From an uncultured Caulobacteraceae bacterium (GTDB taxonomy: Bacteria > Pseudomonadota > Alphaproteobacteria > Caulobacterales > Caulobacteraceae), in contig CAKZPF010000009.1 of assembly GCA_937138625.1 (NCBI GenBank), positions 96,831-160,830 of the forward strand: DNA of 64,000 nucleotides, read 5' to 3'. How positions within the stretch are numbered: position 1 is the first letter of the stretch; the number at the start of each line of letters is the position of its first letter. Below are positions 63,264 through 64,000 of the stretch, one piece after another. Below the pieces are notes generated by a model. That model did not search any database, was not told the origin of the DNA, and worked only from the letters and a program-made list of their open reading frames with translations. The translations under genes were made by a program, and so were the position numbers.

Positions 63264-64000
63264 CTAGTTTGTCTCTGCGCCCGGAAACGTATAGGCCGAG
63301 GTCTTGGCATGGGGTTTAAAGCCCAGTTTTACATACATCCGGTTCGAGATGGGATTGGCGTCATCGGCCTGCAGCATCAAGGTCTCAAAGCCTGTGTTGA
63401 AAAGCCCTGTGGCCACACTGCCCACCAGAGACGTGGCATAGCCCTTGCCACGAAAATCCGGATGTGTGGCGACGTTGATATAGCGCATGGTGGGTTTGTG
63501 AGCGATGCCGCGCAAGGTGGCCTTGATGCCGTTGTCATCCCACACCAGCTGCGAACCCACAGCGATGGCATAGGACAAGGTGGCGCGCACCACATCATCC
63601 TCGCGCTCCTCCATGGGCATTTTCATTTCTTCATAGGCGGTCTGCATCAAAGGGATCAGCGCCTCGAGATCCTCTTTTGTGGCCAGACGCAATTCACCAC
63701 TTGCCCGTTTGAACGGCTGGAAATCGTCGCGGCTCAGCAGATAAAAGGTGGCCGTCATATCATGGGCCGCCGTTTTGCCGCTTTTCTCCTGCCATGCTTT
63801 GACCATAGGCTGCATCACGTCATCGGGCCCGGTGATGCCTGGGCAGTCCTTGTCCGTCAAATACGTGCCCAAATGCCGCGCTGCCCCCGCGCTGCCTGTT
63901 GACACCAAATAATGAAAGGGCAAGGCCCGAAAAGCGCACAAGGCGATCTCGCCTTTGTCATCTTTAACGATCAAACCTTCGGACGGCTCGTTGCCTGCTC
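63264..64000 (-). CDS. GNAT-family N-acetyltransferase (5' end probably beyond right edge)
   Basis: Acetyl-CoA motif FRGKGYATSLVGSVA. The reading frame stays open from 63974 to nt 64000, so the TTG in the ORF track is probably not the true start. Confidence 0.6.
   Translation of the reverse strand, partial: AGNEPSEGLIVKDDKGEIALCAFRALPFHYLVSTGSAGAARHLGTYLTDKDCPGITGPDDVMQPMVKAWQEKSGKTAAHDMTATFYLLSRDDFQPFKRASGELRLATKEDLEALIPLMQTAYEEMKMPMEEREDDVVRATLSYAIAVGSQLVWDDNGIKATLRGIAHKPTMRYINVATHPDFRGKGYATSLVGSVATGLFNTGFETLMLQADDANPISNRMYVKLGFKPHAKTSAYTFPGAETN

Overview
This is a 64-kb chromosomal window from a GC-rich (~55-60% by eye) alphaproteobacterium; order-level placement cannot be made without searches. 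All gene identities come from my own reading of the translations (motif recall), with no database searches.

Most of the window is conserved housekeeping sequence:
- putA (5' part), a class I ribonucleotide reductase alpha chain with tandem NrdR-like boxes, and glmM
- an LPS/lipid A-related set: two GT4 genes, a GT9 gene, a UDP-glucuronate-epimerase-like gene, and lpxR
- infC (apparent non-canonical ATC start), rpmI-rplT-pheS-pheT, lepA, xerC and priA
- the F1 ATP synthase operon atpHAGDC
- rppH, a yibQ-like deacetylase, ctpA, an envC-like gene, rlmH, rsfS, nadD and obg
- asd, rplS-trmD-rimM-rpsP-ffh, murI, a gltP-like symporter, and ahpC-ahpD with divergent oxyR

I found no rRNA, tRNA, CRISPR array, transposase, phage gene or recognisable defence system.

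The non-core content is a set of orphan genes sitting in gaps between conserved blocks.
1. A paralogous family of acidic, Cys-pair and DxNGDG-motif proteins. Three tandem copies lie at 29.9-32.8 kb, one at 12.4 kb, and looser relatives at 14.6 kb and 60.5 kb. All lack Sec signals, and most start with a short Pro/Thr-rich N-terminus.
2. A 486-aa protein with five exact 44-aa period repeats, preceded by an overlapping mini-uORF.
3. Two LysM orphans.

Other oddities:
- a 179-nt atpA-atpG spacer holding a degenerate copy of the atpG 5' end, which forms a uORF whose stop overlaps the atpG start
- an epsilon subunit truncated to its beta-sandwich domain
- a pmp3-type gene inserted antisense into the rpsP-rimM-trmD-rplS operon
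- several intergenic palindromes and tandem repeats

I cannot show that any of these forms a coherent new system. The paralog family is the best candidate and is reported as a hypothesis.
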